Below, in pieces: positions 1 to 12,400 of a DNA stretch of 64,000 nt. Numbering within the stretch: position 1 is the stretch's first letter; each line of letters opens with the position of its first letter. Both the position numbers and the translations under genes were made by a program. This DNA is from Callorhinchus milii (taxonomy: Eukaryota): contig NW_024704742.1 of assembly GCF_018977255.1 (NCBI RefSeq), forward strand, positions 93,374,001 through 93,438,000, given 5' to 3'. Under the pieces are notes generated by a model. The model was not told where the DNA came from, searched no databases, and worked only from the letters and a program-made list of their open reading frames with translations.

Positions 1-2619
1 CAAATAATGCCATTGGATCTTTACCGTCCACCTGATCAAGCAGACGGGGACTCAGTTTAAAGTCTCATCAGAAGGATGGCATTTATTAATATACCATTTC
101 AGAGCATCCAGAAATTTGTAAGTTCTTAAACACAGCCTTAATTCTGAGGCCGTTGTCCTGTAAGTTCTTTTAGGAATCATGGAACACAGACCCTGAGACT
201 GAATTTGGAAAATTCTGGACAATCTGAAAGGCGACATTAATCAAGTAACTGAACCCAAGCTGAAATTTTGTCCCAGTAATCTCAGTATTAGTTGGGAAGA
301 GGTCCCAAGCAGAGATTGTAAGGACGACTGGTGAAAAATAAGATGGAAATGTCTCACTGTTATAGTGCGTAAGCAGCTGTTCTGTAGTGGCGAGTTGTTG
401 AGGTAATGCAGTGGGCCTTCTAAACTGCACTCTGCTATTGATTGTGCTTTCTGCTGTTAATTGCCGTGTGATAAAAATCAAAGCCCCTCACAGCAAACCT
501 GGACAGGACGCCCATAAAACAAGGCACTGAACGCTTGCATTGCTTAAAGTTACATATTTTACAGAGCTGTTTGCGCCCTCGGATTTTCCCTAACAAGGTT
601 ACAATCCTCTTAACGCAGAATGTTCCAGAAATAAACATTTGAATGTTATGTTGGCAACCATGTGCTGATCAGGTTACGTTTCACAGAAATATAGGTAGAG
701 ACGGTGGCTTCAGCTTTCGGCAGCTTATTTAATTAGAGAGATAAGTAAATCAATTGAACTTAGTCCAGACAAATTGAAGCAAACCCAATCAGCTCTACAC
801 CAGAACCAAATCCCCTTTAAAAGTCCATCCCTCCCTCTCCCTCTCTCCAGCACTATAGACAGAAGATCCCAAACACAATACCAGGGTAAATCATGAGACA
901 AGGGTTACATTTTATTCTCACCTCCAATTTTCTAATTTCCTCTCCTGAATGTAGTGATTGCTGAGGTGCAGATACACTGTGATCAGCCACCTCCCGTGCT
1001 TCATCCAAGTGGTCATTTCTCTTCTGTGAGTGTAAGCAAAGAAAGCTCCTTCTCAAGTTCAGGGAAGCTAATTGTGTGTCTCTGGGGAAATTCAGTCAGT
1101 TTCCATTATGGGTTTGCTGCAGTAACTTGATAGCTTTCAGGGAATTCTTATATGGAATGGTTTACGCTGAAATGGTTTGAGATGGATAAAGTAGGGATTG
1201 CGCTCTTTACTTGGAGATCATATATTGTTCCTCGGTCTGCTGTTGAACTACCCTGAGAACCTATAGTAATTACACGACTGAGCTAATATTGGGTGTGACA
1301 CAATGCTCCTGGGTTCTTCTTGGTAACATTTTTCATAGGATCAGGAATTGCTCATATAGCCTATCAAGCTTGTTCCGCCATTTTATTAGCTCATTGCAGC
1401 CCTTTATCTTTCTAATTCCATTTTCCACTCTTCTCTCCAAAACTCTACTTCCCACGGATCTATCTAGCACCCTCTTTAACAACTCAATTCATTTTGCATG
1501 TATGTAGATTCTGCATCATCATCACCTACAAACACAGTGACTGCACTTCACAGTAAAATTCTACGAAGCCCTTTGAGACGTTCTCCCAACATGAAAGGTG
1601 CTGTATTAAATGCAAGGAGACAGAGGAAGGATATCAGAGGATATGGGAAAGAGCTAGGAATTCAGATTAGTTTATTGGCGGAACAAATCTCAATATGTAA
1701 AAAGTAGCCTTTTATGTTTCTATGGTTTACAGCATTTTAACAATTTTGAAATTTTCAACATACTTTAGTAACTAACGAATTGGTCTCCCACCTTCAAGAA
1801 ATCTTTTCTGGATTCACTTTTAAGGTTTAACACTTTAAAGTGTTTATTTATCTGTTTCTAATTACATTACCTAGCAGAATTCACAATCAAACAGTTGAAT
1901 TGATTACTATTTATTCATCCTGTAAAGATCAACGGAAACAACACCATCTCCTTAAATAAAGAGGCATACACATCATTTACATGAATCAACACATTGTTCC
2001 AGTACTTCATTGCCCAGATTTGTTTTTCTTTATCTCTCTGAATGTCTCTACCCCTTGCCCCTAAGCAGCCACCTCTGGCTGAGCTGATAAGAAAGCTGTT
2101 CTGTAAGGTTTTCTGTAACCGGTTGGTGCCAAAAGATTTGTGATCAGGTTTGTTTCAGGAAGGAAAAGTTGAGCATTATCAGGTCCTGTCTCCCTCCCCA
2201 CTTTCAACGGACCTTCTTATTGTGCTACATATTGAGGCAGGCAGTTTGGTGAACTTATGCCCTCTGATCTTGGAATCCCCAAAAGTTCACCCTTATCTTG
2301 GCATTTTACAATGATGTTCAAGGCGTGGACGGATAACAAAAATAGATGTCAGCTTGGTTCAGTTGGTAGGACTCTCACCTGAGTTAGAAGGTTGTGGTTG
2401 CAGTCTCCACATAAAGACTTTCAAGTCACAAGTCTAGGCTGACACTCCAATTCCGTGCTGGAGCTGTGACACATTGTTTGAGGGATATTAATGTAACTAC
2501 CTGTATACGCAAACGATCAAAACTGATTTTCATTTTAAACACAACCAATTGCTGAGCAGTTGAAATTAATCTTTTAAAAAACAAAAAATCAATTCCAATA
2601 GATACAGGGATCTTTTTGA

Positions 2620-3132
2620 CTATAGAATTATAGAATTATACAGCACAGAAGGAGGCCATTCGGCCTATCGTTCCTGTGCCAGTTCTTGAAAGAGTTGTCC
2701 AAATTAATCCCACTCCCCCGCTCTCCCCCCATAACCTTGCAAATTTGTTCTCCCCAAATATCTGAGTCCTGTAGCTCAGTGGTTAGAGCACTCGCTTTGC
2801 AAGTGAGAGACTTGAGTTCAATTCCAGGCAGCGCGAAACCTTGGGCAAGTTTCCTTACTCCACACACCTAATAATAATCCCTCCAAAGCAAAACAATAAT
2901 AAATTGGTCATTTTCAATCTACGACTGTTTGCGGGACATTGCTGTGCGCAATTGGCTGCCGCGTTTGCCCACAAAATATAGTCAATTCACTTTACAGTGT
3001 GTTCTGTGAAGCGCTTTGGGACGTCCTCCTGACGTGAAAAGCGCTATACCAAATGCAAGGATTATTATTATTATTATTATCTATCCGCTTTTCTCTTGAA
3101 AGTTGTTATCGAATCTGCTTCTACCACCCTTC
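2620..3132 (-). mobile_element. CR1-type LINE 3' end, interrupted by the SINE at 2764
   Basis: Flanks join into the same sequence seen uninterrupted at about 34120-34287; tatagaat terminal repeat. Confidence 0.65.
2764..3080 (+). mobile_element. Young tRNA-derived SINE, short subfamily, full length
   Basis: A-box TAGCTCAGTGG, B-box GAGTTCAATTCC, Deu-like core (ctgtttgcgggacattgctgtgcgcaattggctgccgcg), (TTA)n tail. Confidence 0.9.
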
Positions 3133-5920
3133 CAGTGCCTTGGGACGTCCTCCCAACGTGAAAGGCGCTCTATAAATGTAATTTTGTTGTTGTTGGTGTT
3201 TCAGCCAATACATTCCAGATCTGAACTCGTCCAGATCTGAACAATTCGGATTAATTCCATTTTTCAAATCAATATGTTTCCTGGCCAACAAACACCCAAC
3301 TAAAATTGGTCATTCACTTTGTGGCTGTCTGTGGGACATTGCTGTGTGCAAATTGGCTGCCAAATCCACCCATAAGATACCCAGTCACTATACTTCACAG
3401 TAAAATTTGTGAAGCACTTTGAAACATTTCAACAACGTAATATGACACTATATGAAATGCAAGGATCGTTATTATTATTATTATTGTTATTACCTGCTGC
3501 ATTGTAGCCCCAGCAGGAGTCGTTACCTTCAGGAGAGCAGGAGTAAAGTGGAGAGACTTGAAACGAGGGAAAAACCAATGCATGAGTATTCATTTGCTGC
3601 ACAAATAAAATTTGGTCCTATACGTTTAACCGAGGTACTTGTTCTGAGCCAGTGAAACTGAAAGTCAATTGGAAACTATATTTCTTTGGTATGTTACAGG
3701 AAGCACATGTGTTACATGTGTTACAGTATCAGAAAAATGTAATCTGTAATGCCAGCAATGAATTAGTGGAGAAATTGTAATCCTTAATATAATTTGACAT
3801 GTGTAATGCACAGATGCTTCTGCAGTGCTTTAATGAGTAACACTGTGACATTTAACAGCTAAGTGCAGAAGCCTTATTTCAAGATATCATGAATCAAGAA
3901 TCAAGTTTATTATCTCTGCCAGTTGTCATGTAACAGAATATGCTATCGCAGATTGTTCTACAAGTAATTTCACACTTACCGATCCCACCGGGTGCCAGAT
4001 GCAAATGTGAGTAAGCTCCATGAAAGTCACACTGAATGAATGATGTGTTTTTCAAAGAAATAGAGGCTTAGTCTCTGCCAAGTTATGCTTGGCCTGCAGG
4101 GGTTTTGTGACATCTACCAAAAAATATCCCACCGCTTGAGGTTGTGCTTTGGAAGCCTAGAGACTAAAATGTCATCATGCATACTCTACTACAAAATGCG
4201 TGGAATGATGCATGCCCTCTGATCTCCACATCCCTATTCAAATAGACTTTGTCACCAGCTCTGGGATAAGCAGGACCGAGACATAACGGAAAGAAACGGA
4301 ATATAATTAGTATGAGTTGGCCATTGTCCACTCTGGTTGAGTCTCTAAACAGATAGGCAATACCATATTTTTGAGGAACACCATTTTGTCAGTGGAACAG
4401 AGTTCTGCTATTCCTGGTAAGAGAAAAGTTTTTCATATCTTATTTTATTTCCTGGTGTTTCAACTCTCTTAATATGGAGGCTCTTACTTGTGGATATCAT
4501 TGTCCTATTAACCCCATCATTAAGGATTTGAGTAATACTGTATTTATTTATCATAACCCCAGTTCAGTCGCAGCAATTTTATAGTAAAATCGTAAGGCTA
4601 TGGAATCCTTTGAATGAACGGTATCTTGTAAAGTTATTGTTTGATTTTAGCTGGAACAGATGGTGAATTTGTTTGCGATCCTTGTGCAGGATTTTAAGTC
4701 TGACCACCAGATTGTTCCTGTTATGAAGCAGTGCCTGATTCCTGATTAAAAAAACTGCCCTTTCATCATGCTCACTCTGACCTGTCTAGGTTCTGGAAAT
4801 ACCTTCATTAATGATAGAATGGAACTGTATTTAAACTGTATACTTGTCAGTGCATAAAATAAACCAGGGAGAAACTACTATGATAAAATTGCATTTATAA
4901 TAACAATCGTTAGAATCCTTAAATTTGATATAGCCCCTTTCATGTCGGGAGCATATCTCAAAACACTTCACAGGAAATACTGTAAAGTGCAGACTGTATA
5001 TTTTGTAGGCAAATGAACCAGCTAACTACATTTCATATGTCATAAGTCATAAACCTTGTGAAAACAAGCCTGATGTTTTTTCTTGTCATTTATTTTTGCT
5101 AATAAATCAAGTGCAAACCAAATTCAATATTAAAAAGCATTGCCAGACCAAAATAACTTTCTGGTGCATTATTTAAACATAGTTAATGACACAGCAGTCA
5201 TATAAACTGATCACGTGTTCTAGTGCTCTAAACTAAATGTGGGGATCCCAATAGAGTTTTTGAATGAACACATTATTGGGTAGGAATTCCACCAGGGTCT
5301 AGATTTACTCTATTAACGTAGCACTTCAGAACGTACAGAATGTTGCAAATTCTTAAATCCAGCCTTAGTTTTGGAGCCAAAACATTTATTTTAATAATGA
5401 GAGAAAACTAGCTTCAAATTGAACAACTAGTCCAATTCTGGCTAATCAAATAATAAGATGTTATTATTTACACATGGGACATTATTGACAACAGTAGATT
5501 TTAAAAGAAAAAATTGTGTAAGTTAAAAAAAAAATGTTTTAGCTTCAACCAGTTCACAGTACCCACTGTTGATAAAAGATTGGACACAGTCAAGCTATAG
5601 TTTCAGTGCTGTATCTGGCAAGGAAATGTTGCTGTAATCATCTAATGTGGATCTTTAGTTTGAAACAATTAAGTCTTTGTGCTCTGTCTGATTTTTAAAA
5701 AATGAAAATCATCAACAATATATTTTCTGTTACGGGTTTTCTTTTGGTCAACCAGGTGTCTGACTTACAGATGTAGAAACCCATCAAGAGTATCCAAACC
5801 AGAAAGAGCCACATACATGTGCCACCTACATATGAACATTTACAGTTTTGTTTCCAGTAGTTCCTGCAGCCTCAGAAAATTCAAGATAATTCAAGAGTAA
5901 AACTAAATTATTATTAATTA

Positions 5921-6236
5921 TAATAAATAATAATTCTTGCATAGGCTATAGCACTTTTCACATCTCCTAGACATCTCAAAGCACTTCACAGAATATACTG
6001 TAAAGTGAATTGACTCTATATATTTGTGGTCGAAACACGGCAGCCAATTGCGCACAGCAGTGTCCCACAAACGGTCGTGGATTGAAGTGACTAATTTATT
6101 ATTGTTTTTTTTCTTGAGGGATTATTATCAGGCGTGTGGAGTAAGGAAACTTGCCCAAGGTTTTGCCCTGCCGGGAATCAAACCCAGTTCTCTCACTTGC
6201 AAGGCGAGTGCTCTAACTACTGAGCTACAGGACTCC
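5921..6236 (-). mobile_element. Young SINE, short subfamily, full length
   Basis: Reverse complement of the 2764 family. Confidence 0.9.
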
Positions 6237-6918
6237 ATGATAATAATCCTTGTATTTGTTGTAGCACATCATCAAGACGTCTCAAAGTACTTCACATGAT
6301 TTACTGTTGAGTGTAGTGACTGTGTATTTGCAGGCTAAGTTAGATAAAACCTAATTTTATGTCAGGCAGTATAAGATGTAACTATAACTTCACTGAGGGG
6401 ATGGGGAGGGTACAATTGACAATTTGGTTCAGCAAAAACAATACAAATTTACATTTTAATGTAAGTCTGTGTGTGTATGTGTGTGTGTATGTGATGGCTG
6501 TTCATTTTCCTCATCAATTTTCACAGCAGGAGGAAGCTGGTTTTTAACTATTTCTCACAACGATCATATTTCAGCTGGGAAAAAATTATAACGCCATAAT
6601 TCATAACAAATCTAATTCATAATGGTGGCAAATTAACTATTTCTAGTACTTTCATTACTCAAATTGCTAAGCATCAGCCCTTGAAATGCCACCCACTTTT
6701 ACTCTGAAAGTCTAATTTAAGAAAATTCATCAGTTCAGGTTTATTTTGACCATCTCTTTAACAAAACCAATTTCCAAATTAAGCTTGAGTTTAAACATTT
6801 TCCAAACTTTAGGCTAAGAAATTTCAGGTTTCAGTTCCACAAAGAGTAGACATCAGTAGAAATATACAAATGATAATACAATTATTACTTATAATCTATT
6901 GCTGGTATTTTGCTTGGT

Positions 6919-7400
6919 GCCAACCTGACTCAGTTGATAGTACTCTGACATCTAATTCAGACAGTTCTGAATTTCAAGTCTCATGTCCGTAGTTGAGCTC
7001 ATAGTCCACGCTGACTCTCCAGTCAAGTATTGTTGGATGTTCTGTTCTCTCAGATGAGATGCTTTAAGTCCTCCGAGACACAACCATGCATGAAGGGCTC
7101 TATTTAAATGCAAGTTGTTGTTTGTTGTTGTTTAACTCAATGTTCTGTTCTCAGGTGGTTGTTAAAGATCCTAAGACACTGTTCAGAAAACAGGAAGGAA
7201 TTTCTCTTGGGTGTCCTATCCAGCAAACTTCCAGATTAATTGGTCAGTCACTTCACAGCTATTTGTGAGATTTTTCTACGTGTGAAATGGTTGCTGCATT
7301 TGTTTTCCCAAAACTTTTGCTCCAATTGACAATTATTGCTATAAAGTGCTGTGAGATATGTCAGTATATAAGGTGCTATAAAAATGCAAGTACATTCTTT
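6919..7400 (+). mobile_element. Older Deu-domain SINE (SacSINE1/AmnSINE-like), degenerate
   Basis: tRNA-like head, cagatgagatg..caggtgg..taaagatcc Deu segment, tataaaaatgcaag tail. Related pieces at about 1-90, 2348-2490, 28981-29360 and 53490-53780. Confidence 0.65.
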
Positions 7401-7443
7401 ATTCTCTTGTCATCAAGTCACAATGTACTTTTTTTTCTAGGAA

Positions 7444-7589
7444 ATGAACAATTCATCATATTATTCCAATCGGGTGAAGGTATCTGGCAATGACTATGAT
7501 CTGAGAGGAATATGGGAGAAGAGGATTCAAAAGCAGGAAGAGTGGCTACAGCAGGAACAAATGCGGGTGGATAAGAGTGCCCTGAACAA
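7444..7589 (+). CDS. FAM240B: FAM240-family microprotein, coding exon 1 (MNNSSYYSNRVKVSGNDYDLRGIWEKRIQKQEEWLQQEQMRVDKSALN-K)
   Basis: Acceptor ttttttctag ends at 7440, ATG at 7444, donor AA|gtaaga at 7590 (phase 2). WEK.I....SAL.K motif resembles recalled FAM240 proteins. The B paralogue assignment rests on recalled synteny with PRXL2C/CDC14B and is less certain. Confidence 0.8.
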
Positions 7590-7819
7590 GTAAGAGTTTT
7601 TTATTGTTTTATCAGGAGATTGTGACTCCTTCAGCCCATTCAAAAAGTCCAGGACCGAGCCATGAGGTGGATTTGTAGCAAAAAAGGAATGAGGCTGGAG
7701 AGTGAACACATAAACACCATAAATTTCATCTCAAAATCTCAAAATTATTATAATTAATAATAATTTCATCTCAAAATGTGATTATGAACACTTAGTGGAA
7801 GTTTTCCTCTGTGGTGACT

Positions 7820-8240
7820 GTTCATTTTCCTCATCAATTCTTCCCCTCCTCTCCTTTCCTGAATACATTTAATTCCTGTATCTTTCCACTAGTTACTCTC
7901 CAGTACTTTGTCCAAGGGCAAGTGAGTTAAGGCCATGTGTGTATTCACTATTCACACGGAAGCCCTGAATGTAAATATCGACAAGCTATCCAACTACAGA
8001 TGCAGGAAGAATATCAGTTGAGTTAAATCCTGTCCTCATCACTGTCCTCACACACTCATGTTTAGCAGACTGGGTAAGTGATCAGGAATGTGAACTCTGG
8101 CTCATTTTTCTCTCCTTAGCTGAGAGCCTCGAGGTCAATTGCAATGTTCCTATCTGAGATTGTTAGTACAAACTGAGAATCTGACCTGGGACCCTCCTGG
8201 TGTGTATGGCTTGGCTACTTATTAGATAGATTCTGTAAGT
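7820..8240 (-). mobile_element. Second old SINE-like family, degenerate
   Basis: Similar blocks at about 10100-10510 (-), 36760-36990 (+), 46900-47170 (-), 52720-53070 (-) and 59400-59590 (+); family not named. Confidence 0.5.
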
Positions 8241-9274
8241 CATTGACAGAGGCTCAGTAGGGTCTTTTGCAAAAGGAAGGACTTCATTAAGACGACATGA
8301 TTTTACCTATTTCACTACTCAACAGTAATAAGTTGAGCATTCAGTAGAAGATTAGATTCTTAATGTATTTATTCTCAATAAATTCAAGTTGTGAAAATGG
8401 GGACCCCTTACAGTAATTGGAAATGCCAACTCATGGAGACTCCATTCCAAGGAGACTCTGCAGTTTGACAGAAATTCTAATGTGAATTCGTATTAAGCAA
8501 TATCATGAATCAGAATTCACCTACACCAAATTCAACATCAACAACTTGCACTTATATAGTGGCCTTCACATGGAGTAGTGTCTCAGAGCATACAAAATAC
8601 TCTACACTTTACAGAAAGTACTATGAAGCTCTTTGAGGTGTCTCGATGTGATAAAGGGCAATATCAAATGCAAGGATTATTATATGGGAAAAAATTCCGT
8701 TCAGCGTTCCACACAACGCATTTAGTGATGTCAGCCATGAATGGGATTTCCTTTTATGGTTATGCATCACCAAAGATCCTGCAAATAATGCTGAATCATT
8801 GTTTACATCATTGTTTCTTATTTGGGAGACATCTGTACGGAGCATTCTTCATACATTACACTCATCTTTTTCCAAATGTTCTGTTCAGAGAGTATGATGT
8901 TACAGTATTCATATGTTGCGTTTGCTAAAGGCTGGCAGGTGAAAGGCCCACTGAGAAATGGGATGCTGAACATATGTACTCATGGAATACAAAAAGAAAC
9001 TTCATGAAATCACAACGTAATAATGAAGTTGCTGTGGTTTTCTGTGATCTTCCCAATTCCCAGTGTGCATATTATATCCCAGGCTTCAGTTAAAGAAAGC
9101 CCATGACAGCAGCACAGCCCAGTTCATAATATTTTAGATATTTCCATGACAAATGCAGTAAAAGTAAACGTAACCTCAGTGTCACCCAGGGGCAATGAAT
9201 AAATGTATTCAAATAATTGGAAAGAAGTCAAGAATGGCCCACATATAATACAATATAATGTGTCCTGCTTGCAG

Positions 9275-9410
9275 GCTCATCAAAGAGTGGAACCAGAGAC
9301 TTGAAAGCAAAAGAAAACTGATGCAAAACATCCACGACGATGATAAGAAGAAAAATAAACCTGTGGTATCAATTGAAGCTCCTGTTCAGCAAGTGCCTTC
9401 GAGTGCTTGA
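9275..9410 (+). CDS. FAM240B: FAM240-family microprotein, coding exon 2 (K-LIKEWNQRLESKRKLMQNIHDDDKKKNKPVVSIEAPVQQVPSSA*)
   Basis: Acceptor ctgcttgcag ends at 9274; phase matches exon 1; L..EW.QRLE.R motif; TGA at 9408-9410; spliced ORF is 93 aa. Confidence 0.8.
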
Positions 9411-12400
9411 GATTATTTAAGATGCTTTTGGGTCGTTTAATTAAGGCTTGCATGCAACCATGTTGTTAAGAGACAAATGTTTGCCGATGTCTAGCTAGTC
9501 AACTCACTGTGTAAATGTATCGATTTAGAATAGTGCAGGATCCTAGATTCCCTGTTACATGAGGTCTCATGTATTGCAGCATATTAAGGATGAAAACGTG
9601 TAATTCACAAACCAAAGTCTCAGTGCTAACAATGACATATGGTTTGAGTTCTGCTTTTGGGCCATTTCGAGTGAAGGCCCCAAATAACTGACAAAAGATT
9701 GGAAAACAAAATTCCGGAGCAAAATGACCTTCGTCAGCCTTTCGGATTGTGATTTTTTTCTAAATAAGTTTGGGAGCAAATCCTCCAATTTCGGTCGCAA
9801 CCTGGCGTCGTTGTCAGTGACTTCCTGTTTACAAACACCACCTTTACCTTCTGAAAGCACACAACTATTTAAGCTATTCACCAAAACTCCATCATGTCTG
9901 CTGACATCTCCAATATTTCAATTCCCCAGCAATGGAGGCAACATTTCCACCAATTTAAAATAACCATTTCTCTCTGGGACACTTTTCCACTGGTTGAGAT
10001 TAAACTGTAAACCTGAAGAGTGACTAAAAAGATTCGCAAATTATCACTCAAATCAATTAATTTTCTGCCCTCGTTCCAATATGTCACTGACATATACCAC
10101 AGGATGCTTCAAAGGCAGAACTCTACATGTAACCCCATGGCCATTCTTCACATGTAAAGGCATGTAATGAATGTTGGCAGGCCATTTGACCGTGGGGGAA
10201 GGGAGAGAGATCACTTTTGAGTCCAATCTTGTCCTCATATAATGTTCAATGCTCAGGCTCCCAAGTTGATATATTTTAAAGTGAAATACGCTGTGTTGTT
10301 ATTTGTTCACATGTGAGCATTTTCCATCAGAGATCACTGAATAGCGATCAGATACAGGCGCCCTGGCTTATTTATCTCCCCCAAGTCAAGAGAATCAATT
10401 GTAGCACCTTACCACTATCGTAACTAAGATCAGTTCACCCAGCACAGAACAGGGATTAAATCTTCCTGATCTGCATGGCTCGTATTATACACACTGAACC
10501 ATTGTGTCCTGGGTACGAAGCACTTTTTTAGAAAATTACACAGACAGCTAAGAATGTCAATGTGGCCCAATTACTAATTACTGTTGGCTTTGTCCTTTGT
10601 CTGGTCAAATTTTTAGTTTTAATACCTAAACTATGGCCTAAGGGCAAAGCTACTGCCCTTCACAAAGAGAACAACATCAACTAAACATGAATTTGTAGAG
10701 TACTCTTCATGTGAAGGAACATCTCAAAGTCATCGTAATAATGTAATGTTGGTCATTGAGAAGGAAATGAGAGATTTAAAGATGTACCCACATACACACA
10801 TACCTACTAATTAAAGTTGCTAGAAGAGATATTTTTAAGCGTAATTTGAAGCCAGGAAGTAAGGTATTAAGGGAAGGTGATTTTGGAGTTCCAGAGGACA
10901 GTGCAGAATAGCTGAAGGTAAGTTCAACAGTGGTGGAGCAAAGGGTGTGGGGAATGAGCAAGAGATCAGAGTCAGTAAAGTGCTGGTCGTGGCCTAGAAT
11001 GAGGGCTGGAGAAGATTGAATAGGTAGTTTCAGTGAGATCAGGTGTTGGGTGCCAATAAAGTTTGGCCAAATGGGGGTAATGAGTGTGGAGAGCTTTGTA
11101 CAGGAGAAAACTCAGGCTGCAGAGTTCTAGATCTGTTGCATTTGAAATTGGTCATTCACTTCCTGACTGTTTGTAAAACGTTGCTGTGTACACAGTGACT
11201 GCCACCTTCACCTGCAAGTACAGACACTAGACATTACAGTAATTCCTGTGAGGTATGTTGAGACACTTTGATGATATCATGAGGCCCTATATCAAATGTG
11301 AGGCTTAATTATATTATTAAAGTTATCTAATATTATTTATATTATCTAATTATATTATTATTAGATATGCGATAAGGGAGTTAACTGGCAATGCTCCGTA
11401 ATGGACTGAATGTGTGGATTGAAACTCAGCTCAGGTAAAGCAGATGACTAAGGCTAAGGAGGTTACCCACCACCTGATCAATCTGACAGAGCAACCCAAA
11501 ACATTTGATGGAAATGGAATCAAAATGGGAAATAACAATCTGCGTGCTATACAACACTGCAAAACCGAGACACTAAATAAAGATCTTTGGTTCAAACGTA
11601 GGCCAAAATAAACATTTCACAGATTACCCTGAACATTTCAGGACTGGGATCATAAGCAAAGTATAAGCGGGCAGTTGTTGTGTGTGTCTGTGTTGGCAGA
11701 ACAACAAGCCTCTGATCTCCCATTCATCCTCTTCCCCTCTTCCTTACTCAGCAGCCAACCGTGTCCTTATACAGCACTCTTAAGAAAGATGCTATATAAA
11801 TGAATGTTATTGTTGTCCATCTCACTCCCACTATTACTAATATTTGAACAACTCAGCTTTCCTGACAATGGATGAAGTGCATGTATCAAATAATAATTTG
11901 TTGTTGATAATGATTTTCAGCTTGTAAAGCTAATTTATTAGTTATATAAAATAATATGAGTGTTTCCTGTTTAGCAAAAAAAAACTGCTTCCCACAGTAT
12001 TTTATCTTCTCATTAAAAATTAATGCTGGGAATTTTCTGTTTGTATTCCTTATTGCTATCAAGCAACTCCTTTTGGAAGATGTATGTGTATTTCAGGCTG
12101 GGGCTTTACTGAGATGCTCTTAGTTTGAATAGTCTGCTCCCACTCACTGCTTTGGCTCACACGAGAAGAGTTTGGGCAAAGCACTAGAGAGTGACTTGGG
12201 CACCTGTGGACACATCCCCAGCATGTGAATCAGTGGTGTCACGAATGGAACAGGGAAAATTAAGGAAGCTTTTTTTAAAAAAAACTACTACTTTGATAAC
12301 TTTCAGCCACAGTGGTGCTGTTAACCACACGCCACAAAACCCCAAAAAAATTCAGCAAGCTGTTTGTTGTACTCTATGGCAAACTAAGATGAAAGTGTGT

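Noticed and set aside
3972..4022. Possible minus-strand mini-exon MELTHICIWHPVGS|gtaagt with an octamer motif
   Set aside because: No recognisable homology or partner exon.
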